DNA of 64,000 bases, taken from the NCBI RefSeq assembly GCF_964194025.1, contig NC_134479.1, positions 25,358,001 to 25,422,000 of the forward strand, given 5' to 3'. This document shows positions 50,001-59,715 of this stretch, piece by piece. Source of the DNA: Convolutriloba macropyga. Its lineage: Eukaryota. Under the pieces are notes generated by a model. The model saw only the letters and a program-made list of their open reading frames with translations, did not search any database and was not told the DNA's origin. Position 1 is the stretch's first letter; every line of letters begins with the position of its first letter. Position numbers and translations under genes: made by a program.

Positions 50001-50394
50001 CTCAGTAACGTCTAGAGCCTCAGCAACGTATAGATCTTCATTTTTGTTCAATTCAAAGAGCACGCAAATTAAAATTGAAATTTAAAATTAAATTTAAGTT
50101 TGTGCACCTATAATTGTCATTTTTTTTTAAAATTTCAGATACAATAACAGAGGTGGCGGCAATTACAACCGAGGTGGAGGCGGAGGAGGATATGGTGGTC
50201 GCGGAGGCGGAGGAGGATACGGGAACCGAGGTGGCGGTGGTGGATACGGCGGTAATAGAGGTGGGGGCGGTTACTACGGTGGAAACCAAGGTGGATGGGG
50301 TGGAAACAGGAATTACGGGGGTGGATACCAGGGATATGGTGGTGGAAATCGTGGTGGCGGTGGATACCGTGGTGGTTACAGAGGCGGATGGTAA
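17008..50394 (+). CDS. Putative RNA-binding protein, 508 aa: acidic N-terminus, three divergent RRM-like domains, RGG/YGG-rich tail. Exons 17008-17082, 17535-17724, 18042-18163, 25885-26035, 26441-26652, 44979-45153, 45492-45628, 45933-46141, 50139-50394
   Basis: All eight introns are GT-AG with matching phases (0,1,0,1,0,1,0,2), and the summed CDS of 1527 nt is one open frame. An RNP1-like GKFAYFFV is in exon 8. The last exon reads YNNRGGGNYNRGGGGGGYGGRGGGG...YRGGW*. The RRM assignment is from alternating beta/alpha pattern only. Confidence 0.8.
18663..19211 (+). mobile_element. Helentron-like non-autonomous element, family A (intronic)
   Basis: GCTCTCAAA (18670) and TTTGAGAGC (19173) form asymmetric subterminal inverted repeats. 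Hairpin CCGAC-GTCA-GTCGG at 19189-19202; poly-C interior. Confidence 0.7.
20266..22580. repeat. Family C repeat copy with possible short terminal inverted repeats (TGTTCCGA / TCGGAACA)
   Basis: TGTTCCGAAAC near 20268 and GTCGGAACAAT near 22570. Internal homology to 27080-28448. Confidence 0.5.
20967..25954 (+). repeat. Near-identical 2.5-kb tandem duplication (20967-23449 and 23461-25954) including the 5' part of exon 4
   Basis: GAGTTTTGAGTCACTTGATGACG starts both copies and both run to CCACAAATC. An 11-nt filler GCATCGCTCCA sits at the junction. Confidence 0.92.
27080..28448. repeat. Family C repeat copy interrupted by the LTR element; it resumes at 44598-44660
   Basis: CCAAAATTGACTGAACAAA...CCCAT before the LTR and CCCATTTTAGCATATAGCCCC...CCGAACAAT after it reconstruct the motif seen uninterrupted at 22508-22580. 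Confidence 0.7.
28449..28786 (+). repeat. 5' LTR (TATGA...ACTCA)
   Basis: Direct repeat of 44260-44597 with 7 differences by my count, 4 of them in the terminal 5 bp. Followed by TGG. Confidence 0.95.
28786..29276 (+). pseudogene. Upstream ORF(s) before gag (ORF0): 28786-29010 and 29007-29276, possibly one frameshifted ORF
   Basis: Two overlapping frames fill the whole leader. The second has a C-terminal CKLC-x11-CSFH motif. Confidence 0.45.
29287..30324 (+). CDS. gag: Gag, 345 aa, intact
   Basis: Capsid-like helical region (RFSG..W..F..LHLAGNAL.Y), R/G/N/Y-rich linker and CCHC knuckle CRTCASNEHTARDC. Confidence 0.93.
   Translation: MADPSPPHVHLKRFSGLPNENWPEFEGLLRANFAVSRIPEANHQRARYLHLHLAGNALNYYLRLAENTRNDLDDSLEQLRNRYAGADQRRNFELDLQSRQFDPVKEQPDDFLTDLQRLANLAIVDDPAAHIDRTDERTRRIREQFIQGMPFKYKKVLLRENDNITVNELCAIIKRRVRIDQINPEPQYTTAFNALNASGNPAVAQAIESIMAAGIASMQVAQPPHQRVESTQYPSYRRGNNYRGYNHNRQTYQYNGNQNGRGYSNNYNSRGRNRGSFQRARGNYPRGRSNFQRNDRSNGRTERSPTPMRTFCRTCASNEHTARDCPERQPAYRDGNMPFIQQSKN
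30315..30321 (+). promoter_or_regulatory. -1 ribosomal frameshift slippery site A AAA AAC
   Basis: The heptamer lies immediately before the gag TAA, and pol is in the -1 frame relative to gag. Confidence 0.85.
34556..35157 (+). repeat. Internal duplication of the integrase core (copy of about 33521-34121)
   Basis: Near-identical ~600 bp, flanked by a ~66-bp repeat (about 34492-34557 and 35155-35220). Confidence 0.93.
36326..38704 (+). pseudogene. env: Env-like class I fusion glycoprotein, about 792 codons, with two in-frame TGA stops (37253, 37520)
   Basis: Three ORF pieces in one frame. Signal peptide, N-glycosylation sequons, furin site RQPR followed by hydrophobic GATAAAAAAAVLGIGIG, heptad region, Cys-rich region, TM segment SLLFGFLSFLISVLLHLTYL and a long tail. 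Confidence 0.88.
38703..38780 (-). ncRNA. tRNA-like Pol III unit 1 (not a canonical tRNA)
   Basis: A-box TAGCGCAGTTGG (38772-38761), D-stem GCGC/GCGC, B-box GGTTCGAGTCC (38729-38719) and T8 terminator (38710-38703). No acceptor stem; 6-nt anticodon-like loop. Confidence 0.7.
38824..39005 (-). ncRNA. tRNA-like Pol III unit 2 with a G-rich 3' trailer
   Basis: A-box TAGTTCAGTGG (38998-38988) and perfect T-arm CCGGG-TTCGAAT-CCCGG (38958-38942). The first T-run downstream is at 38831-38824. Confidence 0.7.
39798..40262 (+). CDS. Orphan accessory ORF in the retroelement (MNPVYHFRIK..., 154 aa)
   Basis: ATG-initiated ORF in AT-rich context. No recognisable motif. Confidence 0.45.
   Translation: MNPVYHFRIKVEPRINTTFNGQPAYITEYSIAFFTDREAIISINMQQDNIVNNIYSISFIPLTVNETSAVWQTILQCIQSGNNYNNGNFYLNSEGEPAAVEPSQPTISESPDSPDPTSDHNSTELNNIPISPHHPFHSQMTLCKFPQIFAFLFH
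40275..40538 (+). CDS. Orphan accessory ORF, 87 aa
   Basis: ATG start 12 nt after the previous stop, followed by a T-rich spacer. Confidence 0.4.
   Translation: MSYPPTPTFTTIDQSEDTIPYISPIPTQFPLYAYFLTDFDIKLAVFSEYCINNQDKKITLEPDHPNFLTFLNFLQNTKEFLEGEFDL
40626..40985 (+). pseudogene. Orphan accessory ORF, about 119 codons, with one in-frame TAG (40638)
   Basis: The ATG at 40626 is in frame with ORF 40716-40985. The single TAG is plausibly from TGG. T-rich spacers on both sides. Confidence 0.45.
41552..42778 (-). CDS. Antisense JmjC-domain 2-oxoglutarate/Fe(II) dioxygenase (KDM2/KDM7-like motifs). Main frame 41552-42484; probable N-terminus 42701-42778, separated by a 216-bp insertion
   Basis: WTAAHVEIGG-x9-GEKLFLI and LCQPSLCAHAVLT match the KDM2/PHF8 patterns YTDFH(V/I)DFGG-x9-GEKIF and LFIP.GWIHAVLT. 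T92, H95, E97, K112 and H172 are present (numbering of the 296-aa track ORF). Basic C-terminal tail. Confidence 0.82.
42485..42700. repeat. 216-bp templated insertion: copy of 41132-41306, a 20-bp fold-back and short iterated repeats
   Basis: Direct repeat of about 175 bp. Perfect inverted repeat GAAGGGCACGCGATTGAAAG (42622-42641) / CTTTCAATCGCGTGCCCTTC (42658-42677). AATTGCCTTTC is repeated. Confidence 0.85.
43108..43210. repeat. Two tandem ~51-bp repeats
   Basis: TCCATTAGTGACTGTCAATTACTGCCAT..CGAGGGA.TTACTTC occurs twice. Confidence 0.85.
43469..43744 (+). CDS. Orphan accessory ORF, 91 aa
   Basis: ATG in AAACAAATG context with locally raised GC. No motif recognised. Confidence 0.4.
   Translation: MNYQPDPPQLFSFDGRLALLIKMGILETPIYRTYVQITYVWQGEPTNLDVLRKTALIPRRSRLMPHLRRVVGGQEALNLQIEPHHYVIRHF
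44165..44245 (+). ncRNA. Possible third tRNA-like Pol III unit just upstream of the 3' LTR
   Basis: GACCCACTTGGCACAGC resembles the 5' end of unit 1 (GTCCCACTTAGCGCAG). B-box GGTTCGAAACC at 44218-44228 and T5 at 44241-44245. The A-box is incomplete. Confidence 0.45.
44260..44597 (+). repeat. 3' LTR (TGTGA...TCATA)
   Basis: Direct repeat of 28449-28786, followed by TSD CCCAT. Confidence 0.95.
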
Positions 50395-50836
50395 CTGCCT
50401 TAAATGGAATTTTTCCAATTAAGGTTATCAGAAAAATGGACAGAACTGACAAATTTTTCTTTTCGTTAAATATTTTACATGAAATGTTGATTTGCAAAGA
50501 AATGTGGAGCATGTTTTAACAAGGGTCGTGATAAATTGCGTCTTTTGCTGTCTATGTACAGGTTCTGTTGTTGTGATAATTGAAAATATGTTGGTTTCAA
50601 GCTATTAATTTGAATGTCGTTTATTGGCCGTTTTGTTATGATTTGTTCATCTATCAGTAAATTTTACGATGTGACTTTGCTGAAAAATTATTTGTTTTCT
50701 TATGACGGCCTATTTAACAAATGGGTACCAAGTTCTGCGAGTGAACGAGTTAAATAAAGCAATAAATAAGGTTTGAATTTTTTCAGATGTTAATTGAAGT
50801 TAGTTTGGGTGAAACCATTATGATGTGAAGCGAAAA

Positions 50837-53800
50837 ATGAACCGACGTGTCCTGTCAGAAGCTAAGTTTATGCTGGGATGCGTCACTTCGAAAAGTGTAG
50901 GAAGAAATTTACATTTGGCACCGCCATTTCTTGTATACGATTACATCACAAAAGCAAACTTGCAACTTCCAGAAGTTCTGCTGCAGAAGTTAGACATGGG
51001 GAATCGAGAGTTGCGTTCTTGTCGTGCCTGTCCCAGGAACTGCGACGTGAACAGATTAGAGGACAAACGAGGAGTTTGCAATACTGGACGTAATCCAATT
51101 GTAAGGTTGAAATCGTCTATTTTTAAAATCATTTTTAATTTTTTTGTGCATTAAGTTTAATTTTTTGCTAGTTATGATTACAGACGCAGTTTTTAAATTA
51201 GGGCATTACTTCCGCTAAAGTTTAGCCGTCTGTCGAGGCTAAAATATTTTGCTATAGATCTAAGTTGCTAGGCTGCTTTATTGTGGTTTGACTAATGAAC
51301 TATATTAGAGAGTAGAGAGAGAGTGATTAATTGCTCTCAAATTAAGTTTGAAGCAGTTTTTGCAACGATTTCTTTTTTAATACAATACGTTGCGTGACCG
51401 TTTTGTTCTGGAATATTCTCTCGCTCGCTTTTGTGGTCTATGCGATTCGAATTTTTGAGTGATTTGACTGCTTGTTTTTTGAGTGATCTAAGTTGCTCTT
51501 TCAGAATTATGCCGGTAACTTAATTCACGGTAGGTTTCAGGTTTTCCTAAATCTATGTACTGATTCAAAGCATGCTCTATTTACATCTTTGCAAGTTAAT
51601 TAACCCGCGCTCACTTCCTTACACCCATGCTCACGCCACGCCCTTAATTAAGCTAGCCTCCCTAAGTCGCAGCTAGCTACAGATGAAGCCAAGCGCTCCC
51701 CAGTGCTAGTCGTTTGAGGGCAATTCACCCAAATGTAGTCGTTTATGTTTGTTTAATTGTAGCCGCGCAGCTATACCTAAGGCCGTTATCGATTTCGTGA
51801 TTGTCTAGTTTTTTGTCTCTATCAATTTGATCACACTGTAAAAAGGACATTGTTCAATGATTTTATCGCTCAACTATTGAAATGCATTCATGACAGTTGC
51901 CGAAACAAACTTTTCAGTTTATTAATGTAATTTTTTGTTATACATGACTTAACGAAAAATAGACAAATTAAATGTTATTGAAAAATACCTAATGCGGGAC
52001 TGAGTGCATTGTGAGCAAGACTATTGTCTACGCGAGGCTCTATTCCTTATGAGGACTTTTAGAGGATATCCAGTTTCATATATCCTTACTTTTACTTTTT
52101 GAAAAATGATCAGCTTTTTTTTCTCTTCTTTAATCTCAATGAAGGTGAAGATTAATCGCGGTCTGAAGACGGTTAATCGCTGTTATTTTTCAGGAAATCT
52201 CCCTGAATTTTTTTAATTGGAGGTTATCAGCTCTTGCTAAGCGGTATTTGCCCGATATTTTTCTGATTAGTGCCCGCCGTCAGCCTCGCAACTACTTATT
52301 CAGGAGCTCTCCTTTTCATTTCAAATAATGTTAATTGTAATGGGGGCTCTAGACTTTTTTAAGAGCTGTTCACACATTTTCATTTTTGAATTCAAATCGA
52401 AGTGATGATTTTGGTCACGCCGAAACAGGAAGTGGAGCGAAAAACGAGTGGTTTTGTGGCGTAAAATTTTTCCGCTCTAATTTTAAAGTGCAGTGAGAAA
52501 AAGGTGTTTTGAACAAAGCAATTGCTTTCTCACTATTGGTTTTTGTGCTTATGCGGCATCTTGACATTGGTTTCACTAATTTTTATCTGATTAATCTCTA
52601 AATTGTTTTCCCAATCCATTCATAGTCCATTCTGGGTGAGGTTCTTTTAGTCAATGTCCTGCTAATTTTTTTAATTGGCTTTACTTGGCTCAATTTTTAA
52701 TGTTTCTACTACTTCAGGTTGCTTACCCGCTTAGGTAAAGTGGAAGATCAATTTTTTAGGCCTATCCTACTAGTTTGATTTTGTTCAATGCACAATGTCT
52801 CAAGGCTGACAGAATGCAACTGTTGGTACGAATCACTCGTTTTCCTCATGAGGATTTTTAAGTTTCCTTTGTTTCGTCTATAATGATTTCAAACCGATAG
52901 TTTAATTTCTTGATTGTGTTATTAAATCATTTCTATTATGAGCTGGTATGGATATTTGTTACGTACTGGCAGTAAAGAAACTTTCGTTGAGGTCTACCGC
53001 AGGCTCTACTGGTCCTTTTAATTTTTTGTTGAGCTGCATTTGGTTTACCCGTTCTTTGCGTGTTGTTTGATTGCATTTAAATCTATTTGAGTGCATTAGC
53101 AGCTGCTATATCAATATAATTATTCCACCAAGTACTTTACTTCTCTTACAATATTCGCATGATGCAAGCTTAGTTTTCAGAATAGTTTAAAAAAGTCAAT
53201 GTTTGGAATCTTTGGTACATGCTACGTGTATAACAGTTATCTTCTCATAAACAAATGAGAAGGGCTCTAGATGGAAATAATAACCAGGTTTGGACTGAAA
53301 ATAATTAATTGAGAACTTATTTGAAGCAACTTTTTAAGGAAATATGATGTTTTGGTGAAGGCTATATGACGCGAGAATAAGGGGGAGGGGATGAGACAGT
53401 ATTCTTCCGTTTTTGCTTGGTACAAATATTCGCTTCACTGTAGCGGTTTCTGGTTTTTGTCTGGACGTCTAACGCTCATATTTGGTGTCTAAATGTCTTT
53501 CAGCACAAAAGTCAAGGGTAAGGTCCCGTTTGAACATTTCTTGATGGAGTAAGTCAGGCTATTTAACTTTTTAAATGCTTTTATACACCCAAATTGTATC
53601 GAAAACTTTCGTTTCTTAATACTCTGCTACTAAGACCAAGCAGGTGTATTTCATGGCTTTTTTCGGCATGCTGTAGACTTAAATTTCATTTTATATCTTT
53701 GACTTAGAGATGATTTTCTGCAACTAATTTTTTGCAAGATTTTTTACCATTTTTTAGTCTTTCTCTGTGGATTTTTTGATACTACATTCAAATCAATTCT

Positions 53801-56800
53801 GCTAATTACAAACAAATGCGTTTGTTTTTAGCACCGCTTTTCCTCACTTTGGTGAAGAAACAGTTTTGCAAGGCTGGAAAGGTTCTGGAACAATATTCTT
53901 CGGAATGTGTAACCTGCGGTGCGTTTTCTGCCAGAACTGGGACATCAGCCAACAAAAACACGGCAAAGAAGTGACACCTGAACACATAGCGGAGATAATG
54001 ATATTGCTGCAGGATGAATACAAGTGTCACAATATTAATTTCGTAACACCTGAGCATGTGGGGCCTCAAGTTGCAGAATGTATTATAAAGGCATTAGACA
54101 TGGGATTGAAAGTTCCAATTGGCAAGGAGCAATTTTTTTCTAATGTAAATCAACAATTAAAATGGACTGCATCATTTCCAAATGTTTCCGGATGACAGCT
54201 AAAGCTTGTTGAAGTTTATGCTCTAGTTTTATTTCTACTATTTAATAGCTGCGTCAGCAATTCCAGGCGGCTATTACTGCACTCCTAATATTGTTACAAT
54301 TCAAAGAATTTGAATTGTATTGGGACGCTGTCTTTTTTACGACTCGAAGAGGAGTATTGGAGAAGTCTTTTTTTTAAATCATTTTTATTGGAGTGAATTT
54401 TGAAGCAGGAAATGAAACACGTGAAAAAATTTGGAGTGATTTTGTTGCTGAACAAAATGAAGAGTGGAGCGAAAAGAGAGTTGTTTTTTGTTCATATCGC
54501 TCTTTTCTAGAGAGCGAGAAATTGAGGTGTGAAAAAAATCTGCAAGCGAGAGAAATTTTTTGTTCACGTGCGGCATTTTAAAGCAGTTTTTTTTTCGGTG
54601 TTTTGGTTGAAAGGGTTGGGTGATTGTTTTGTTAATAGCCGCCCTCATCTTCTCAGCCGGCTATTATTGCGCTCGTATTTTTTTTTTACTTCGTCAAACT
54701 TTTTTTCGCTTTACCATTTTGCCGCTTTTTCGACGTTTTGCGTGAAATCTTTTTGACTTCTCTAGGCTAGTTTCTCTCTTCTCTCATTCTGCTAAAAGTG
54801 AATTTGAACATCAGTTGCTAAGCAAAGCAATTCAAAATGAACAGAGTCGGTATAAAAAATTGAAGTCAGAAATAGAAACGGGATAAACCCATAAAGCCCA
54901 ATTTTAGATGCCCGCTATTTGAACGTCGTTCCTATAAGTCTTAGTTACCACCTCTAATGCTTATTGGTGTTGATAGTAGCCCCTGTAGCCTCTCTCTCTA
55001 AGAAACAGAAGTTTGTTCAACTACGAAATGCCATCAAAATAAATCGGACTTAAAAAATGTTTTTGTACAAAAATCTTTTTTTTTCAATATTTTCTATTCG
55101 TTCAATCCCAATCATGCTTATTGGAATCAACGGCGGCTATTTTCCGGCAATCTGCCGGGTATGTTTTTAATTTTAGGCTGGTTTTGGTAGTGGTTTGAAG
55201 GTTTCTGGAAATTTATATTAATTTTATGCTAATTCGGAAGTTTTTCAGGTATTTTGCAGATTTTTGGGCTATTTTTTGCAATTTTTTTGACGATTGTTTT
55301 GTTTTACTGCCTCAAATCGTATTGAAAAGACCTCTATTGATCGAACATTTTTTTAGATAAGAAGTGGTCACAATTTTGTTGACATAAAGCATTTCTTTGT
55401 TGAGAAATATGACAAAAAGTGGCGAAAGTTGGAACTATTTTTTATAGCTGCAAAACTGTAAGCTGAGCGAAGCTATATTGCGGTGCTCTTGGTTTTTTTT
55501 GTTTCGTCGTCTGACGCTCTTTTTTCGTTTTACATTTGTTCACTCAGCAAAGCTGAAGAACTCAAATTTTCTGAATGACTTCTTCCTCCACTAACGGCAT
55601 TTGCGCGCGTGACGTCATTTCTCACTCGCTTTAATAAAAGTTTTGCGTGATTAGATTTTGATCATCCGTGACTTACCTCTCTCAATAAAATGACTTTGCA
55701 CTTTAAAACTTAAGTTTAGTTTATATTTTGTTTAAGGTCATAGGAACACATTTGTGCAGTAAAGGTCCCTAATAAGAGGCTTCTGCGGAATGAATTTTAA
55801 CAAACTTTATTTATCGCTGAATGTTTTTTTACCTAGTTTTTTGAGCGGCGTCGATTTTTTTTTCAAGTGGAGTGAAGTTGTTTCACTCTAAATTAAAAGT
55901 AGAGTGAAAAAATGGTGTTTGAACCGAAAATTGCTTTCTCGCCTGTGGTTTTTTTGTTCACATGCGGCAATTTAACTTTGATTTTTACTGCTTTTCGATT
56001 TTTTAGATCACATTTTTTGCTAAATGGTTTTCCCAATCCGTTTATAGTTCATTCTAGGCCTAGTTTTTTGTTTGAACCAAATTTCCATTTCTTGCTAGTG
56101 GTTTTTTGTTCACTTGCGGCATTTTGACATCTTCTGTCTTTTTAATAGCCGCCCTCATCTTTTCAGCCGGCTATTATAGCGCTTCTATTTTTTTACTTCG
56201 TCGACCTTTTTTTCGCTTTTCCCATTTTGCCGCTTTTTCGACATTTTGCGTGAAATCTTTTTGACTTCTCTAGGCTAGTTTCACTCCTTTTTCATTCTGC
56301 TCAAAGTCCTTTTTAACAGCAGCTGCTCAGCAAAGCAATTCAAAATGAGACAGTCAGTATTAAAAATCAAAGTCAGAAATAGAAACGGGATAAACCCATA
56401 AAGCCGCATTTTAGATGACCGCTATTTGAACGTCGTTCCTATAAGTCTTAGTTACCATCTCTAATGCTTATTGGTATTGATAGTAGCGCCTATAGCCTCT
56501 CTAAGAAACAGAAGTATGTTCAACTACGAAATGCCATCAAAATAAATCTGACTGAAAAAATGTTTTTGTACAAAAATCTTTTTTCAATTTCTTCTATTCT
56601 TTCAGTCTCAATCATGCTTATTGGAATCAATGGCGGCTATTTTCTGGCAATCTGTTGGGTGTTTTTAAATTTTTTGATCTCATTTTTAGTTGTTTGTATT
56701 GCCAATGAGAATTCTTTGAATTGTACCTCAGGACTTGTCCTGCTATGTTTTTTTTACTTCGTCTAACAGATTTTTGTTTCGTCTGACCTTGACTTTATCA

Positions 56801-58397
56801 ATGACTTCTGTGACTTCTACTACTATGCAGTTAAAATTTGTCCGCGTGACATCATTTCTGCTTTTAGGTCGATATCGTGACTTACCTCACTCAAAAAATG
56901 ACTTCTGAACTCACTTATGGAACTTCATTTTATGAACATTTACTAGTTAAAGATCAATAGTGTGCATCTAAGTAGTGCCACACGTATATGCCCGAATTCT
57001 TGAATATTAGTATTGAGTTTTTGATTTCGAAATTCAATTTTGAAAAAGCTCTTTTAGGGTTATGTGTATTATAGAACGTATGTGTATCATAAAAATGACA
57101 GTACATATCTAACCCAAAAAAATCTAGTGGTCTACTAAAGGACTTTTGGTCAATCTGCCTATCTTGTTTCTTTAGTTGTTGCAATTCATGGAAGGCCACA
57201 AGCGTCTATCGCGGCTATTTTCCGGCAACCTGCCGGCTATGTTTTGATTAAGAAACCGAGTGTTCGCATTTAGCTGTCAAAAAATGCATCAAAAGTTAAG
57301 CACTGAGTAATTAAAGGATTTTTAAAATTCCGGTTTGATTTTTTGAAAAATATTGGTTTGGTTTTTGAAAAATATCGATGCAAAAAGAAAAATCTGTAAA
57401 ACTGCCGAGTATATTTGAGCTCAAAGTGTTTTTCCTATTTCTCAAAGGTTGTAAAAAATTGTTCCGTTAAAAGTGTACAATACCAGCTCATACGATGGCC
57501 TCTCGTCGCTTGAAATTATGGACGGTTTAGTCGACATTTACCTTGCAGATTTTAAATTCTGGACCAATGAAACATCATTTAAACTAGCCAAGTGCAAAAA
57601 CTATCCCGAGGTTGCGAGAAATGCAATTAAAGAAATGTTTCGACAAGTTGGCGATTTAGTCTTTGATGAAAGTGGCCTGGCGAAACAGGGATTAATTTTA
57701 AGGCATTTGGTCATGCCTGGACTAGAGGATGAGGCCAAGCTGATTCTCGATTGGGTAGTCAGTGAGATATCGAAAGATACGTATATGAATTTAATGGAAC
57801 AGTATCATCCTGATTTCAAAGGTAGTAAGAATGGTTTTTATAATTTCATTTCACATTGGTATTTGTTAATTTGTTATTTCTCAGTGATAATGGAGTTCTT
57901 ACTTCCAAATGAAGCATTGCGAGGTCACGGAAATAAATTTTTTGAAATCCCGAATAAAATTGATATCGCATCCGGTTTCGGTGCACCTTAAAATCTTTCA
58001 GTTATTATTTCACCGTTTTAAATTAAATCTGCTAGATCTGTCACATCGGTTGAAAGAAAACAAGGACTCTGAATTGCCTATGGAAAGATGCGCTGAGTTT
58101 CCAAATCTTTGATAAACAAATCTACAAATGTCAAATTAAACAAATTTAAATTTAGCATCTGTTCGAGAACGGTCGAACTTCAAGTGTAACAGTAAAAGGT
58201 GGCGATAAAAAAGGGGTTATTATAACGTGGAGATTGTTTTAGTGGGAAAGCGGGAGTTGCGTAGTCGAATCGGCTACACCAACTACGAGGAAATTAACAG
58301 ACCAGTGACGGAGTCAGAAGTAGACTCACTGAGACAGTATGCTAGGAGTATTGGATTGTGGAGATTCGAACATGACAATTTGCCCGCTTATTTATAA
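50837..58397 (+). CDS. PflX-type radical SAM Fe-S protein (PFL-activating-enzyme-like family), 353 aa. Exons 50837-51105, 53832-54121, 57474-57821, 58243-58397
   Basis: CRACPRNCDVNR...C, AFPHFGEE, GSGTIFFGMCNLRCVFCQNWDIS (CxxxCxxC), HNINFVTPEH, PIVYNTSSYD, VDIYLADFK, LRHLVMPG, NLMEQYHP, EINRPV and GLWRF. Exon phases agree and the CDS totals 1062 nt. Confidence 0.9.
51327..51750 (+). mobile_element. Diverged family A Helentron-like copy in intron 1 of the radical SAM gene
   Basis: TTAATTGCTCTCAAA ... AGCTAGCTACAGATGAAGCC ... GTCGTTTGAGGGCAATTCACCC. Confidence 0.55.
54632..55168 (+). mobile_element. Helentron-like non-autonomous element, family B
   Basis: AATAGCCGC (54634) and GCGGCTATT (55133) form subterminal inverted repeats. 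Hairpin CCGGCA-ATC-TGCCGG and a T-run follow. Confidence 0.65.
56142..56668 (+). mobile_element. Second family B copy
   Basis: Full-length match to 54632-55168. The same 3' end motif also occurs at about 57211 and 59857. Confidence 0.65.
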
Positions 58398-59715
58398 TTG
58401 AAGATCTTGTCTTCGTACCACTTAAGTGATTTGAAATTGGAATCTTTAGTGCAAACTGTAGTGTAAATATGTAGCGATAGTAAAATTTTTAACAAATCCT
58501 TTCCATCGAAGTCAATTGTCAAGATCAAATAGGAAAGCATTACTGAGAAGATTTGTTTAGTTAACAAGATTTACTCATACTTTGTTTATTAAGATCTTTT
58601 TAGAGCCGCGAAACGATAGCGGTTATTATTGGAAACATCTTGGTTTTTTACATTTCAAAGAATGTGAATTGTATTGGGGCGCTGTCTATTGATTTTTAAT
58701 GTTTTCCGATTTTTTGGATCGGATTTTTTTCTTAATCGCTTTCCCATTCCATTCATAGTTTATTCTAGGCCTAGTTTTGTTTGTTTGAACCAAATTTCCA
58801 TTTCTCGCTAGTGGTTTTTTGTTCACATGCGGCTATAATTTTCCCAAACTCATGTTTTTCCTAATTCACTCAGTCCGTTCTAGGTCTAGTCTTTTGTTTC
58901 AATTGTACGTCAGGACTTGTACTGCTATGTTTCTTACAATTCAGAGAATTTGAATTTTATTGGGGCGCTGTTTTTTTTAAAGATCTGTTCACCTATTTTC
59001 ATGAATTTTGAAGTCAAATTGGAGTAGTGATTTTGGTCACGCCGAAACAGGAAGTGGAGCGAAAAAGCGAGTGGTTTTGTGGCGTGAAATTTTTTCGTTC
59101 TAATTTCGAAGTAGAGTTAAAAAAGTTTTTGAGCAAAATTCGCTTGCTCGCTAGTGATTTTTTGCTCACATGCGGCGATTTCACTTTGATTTATACCGTT
59201 TTTTCGATTTTTTTGGATCGGATTTTCCCAATCTATTCATAGTTCATTCTAGGCCTAGTTTTTTGTTTGAACCAAATTTTCATTTCTCGCTAGTGGTTTT
59301 TTGTTCACATGCGGCATTTTGACATTGATTTCAATTTTTTTATCTTTTTTTAATGGTTTTCCCAATTCACTTATAAGCCGTTCTAGGTCTAGTTTTTTGC
59401 TTAGTCAATGAAAATATTTTAAATTTTACGTCAGGACTTGTCCTGCTATATTTTTTCAAATCGTCGTTTCCGTCGACGATTCTTGCGACCTGACTTCTTG
59501 GAATTGACTTTCTTCAATTTCAGTGATTTCTACTGCTTTGCGGTTAAAATTTGTCTGCGTGACGTCCTTTGTTCTGCTTCTAGGTCAGTTGCGTGACTTA
59601 CCTCACTAAAAAATACTTCTGAACTCGCTTAATGAACTTTGAATTTTATGAACATTTACTAGGTAAAGGTCAATAGTGTGCATCTAAGTAGTGCCAAACG
59701 TAGATGTCCTAATTC

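Noticed and set aside
50053-50519. Four overlapping ORFs in the track (Thr/Val-rich, His-rich and others)
   Set aside because: Shadow frames of the Gly-rich last exon 50139-50394.
50837-58397. Bacterial contamination as the source of the radical SAM gene
   Set aside because: The gene has spliceosomal introns filled with the same repeat families as the rest of the window.
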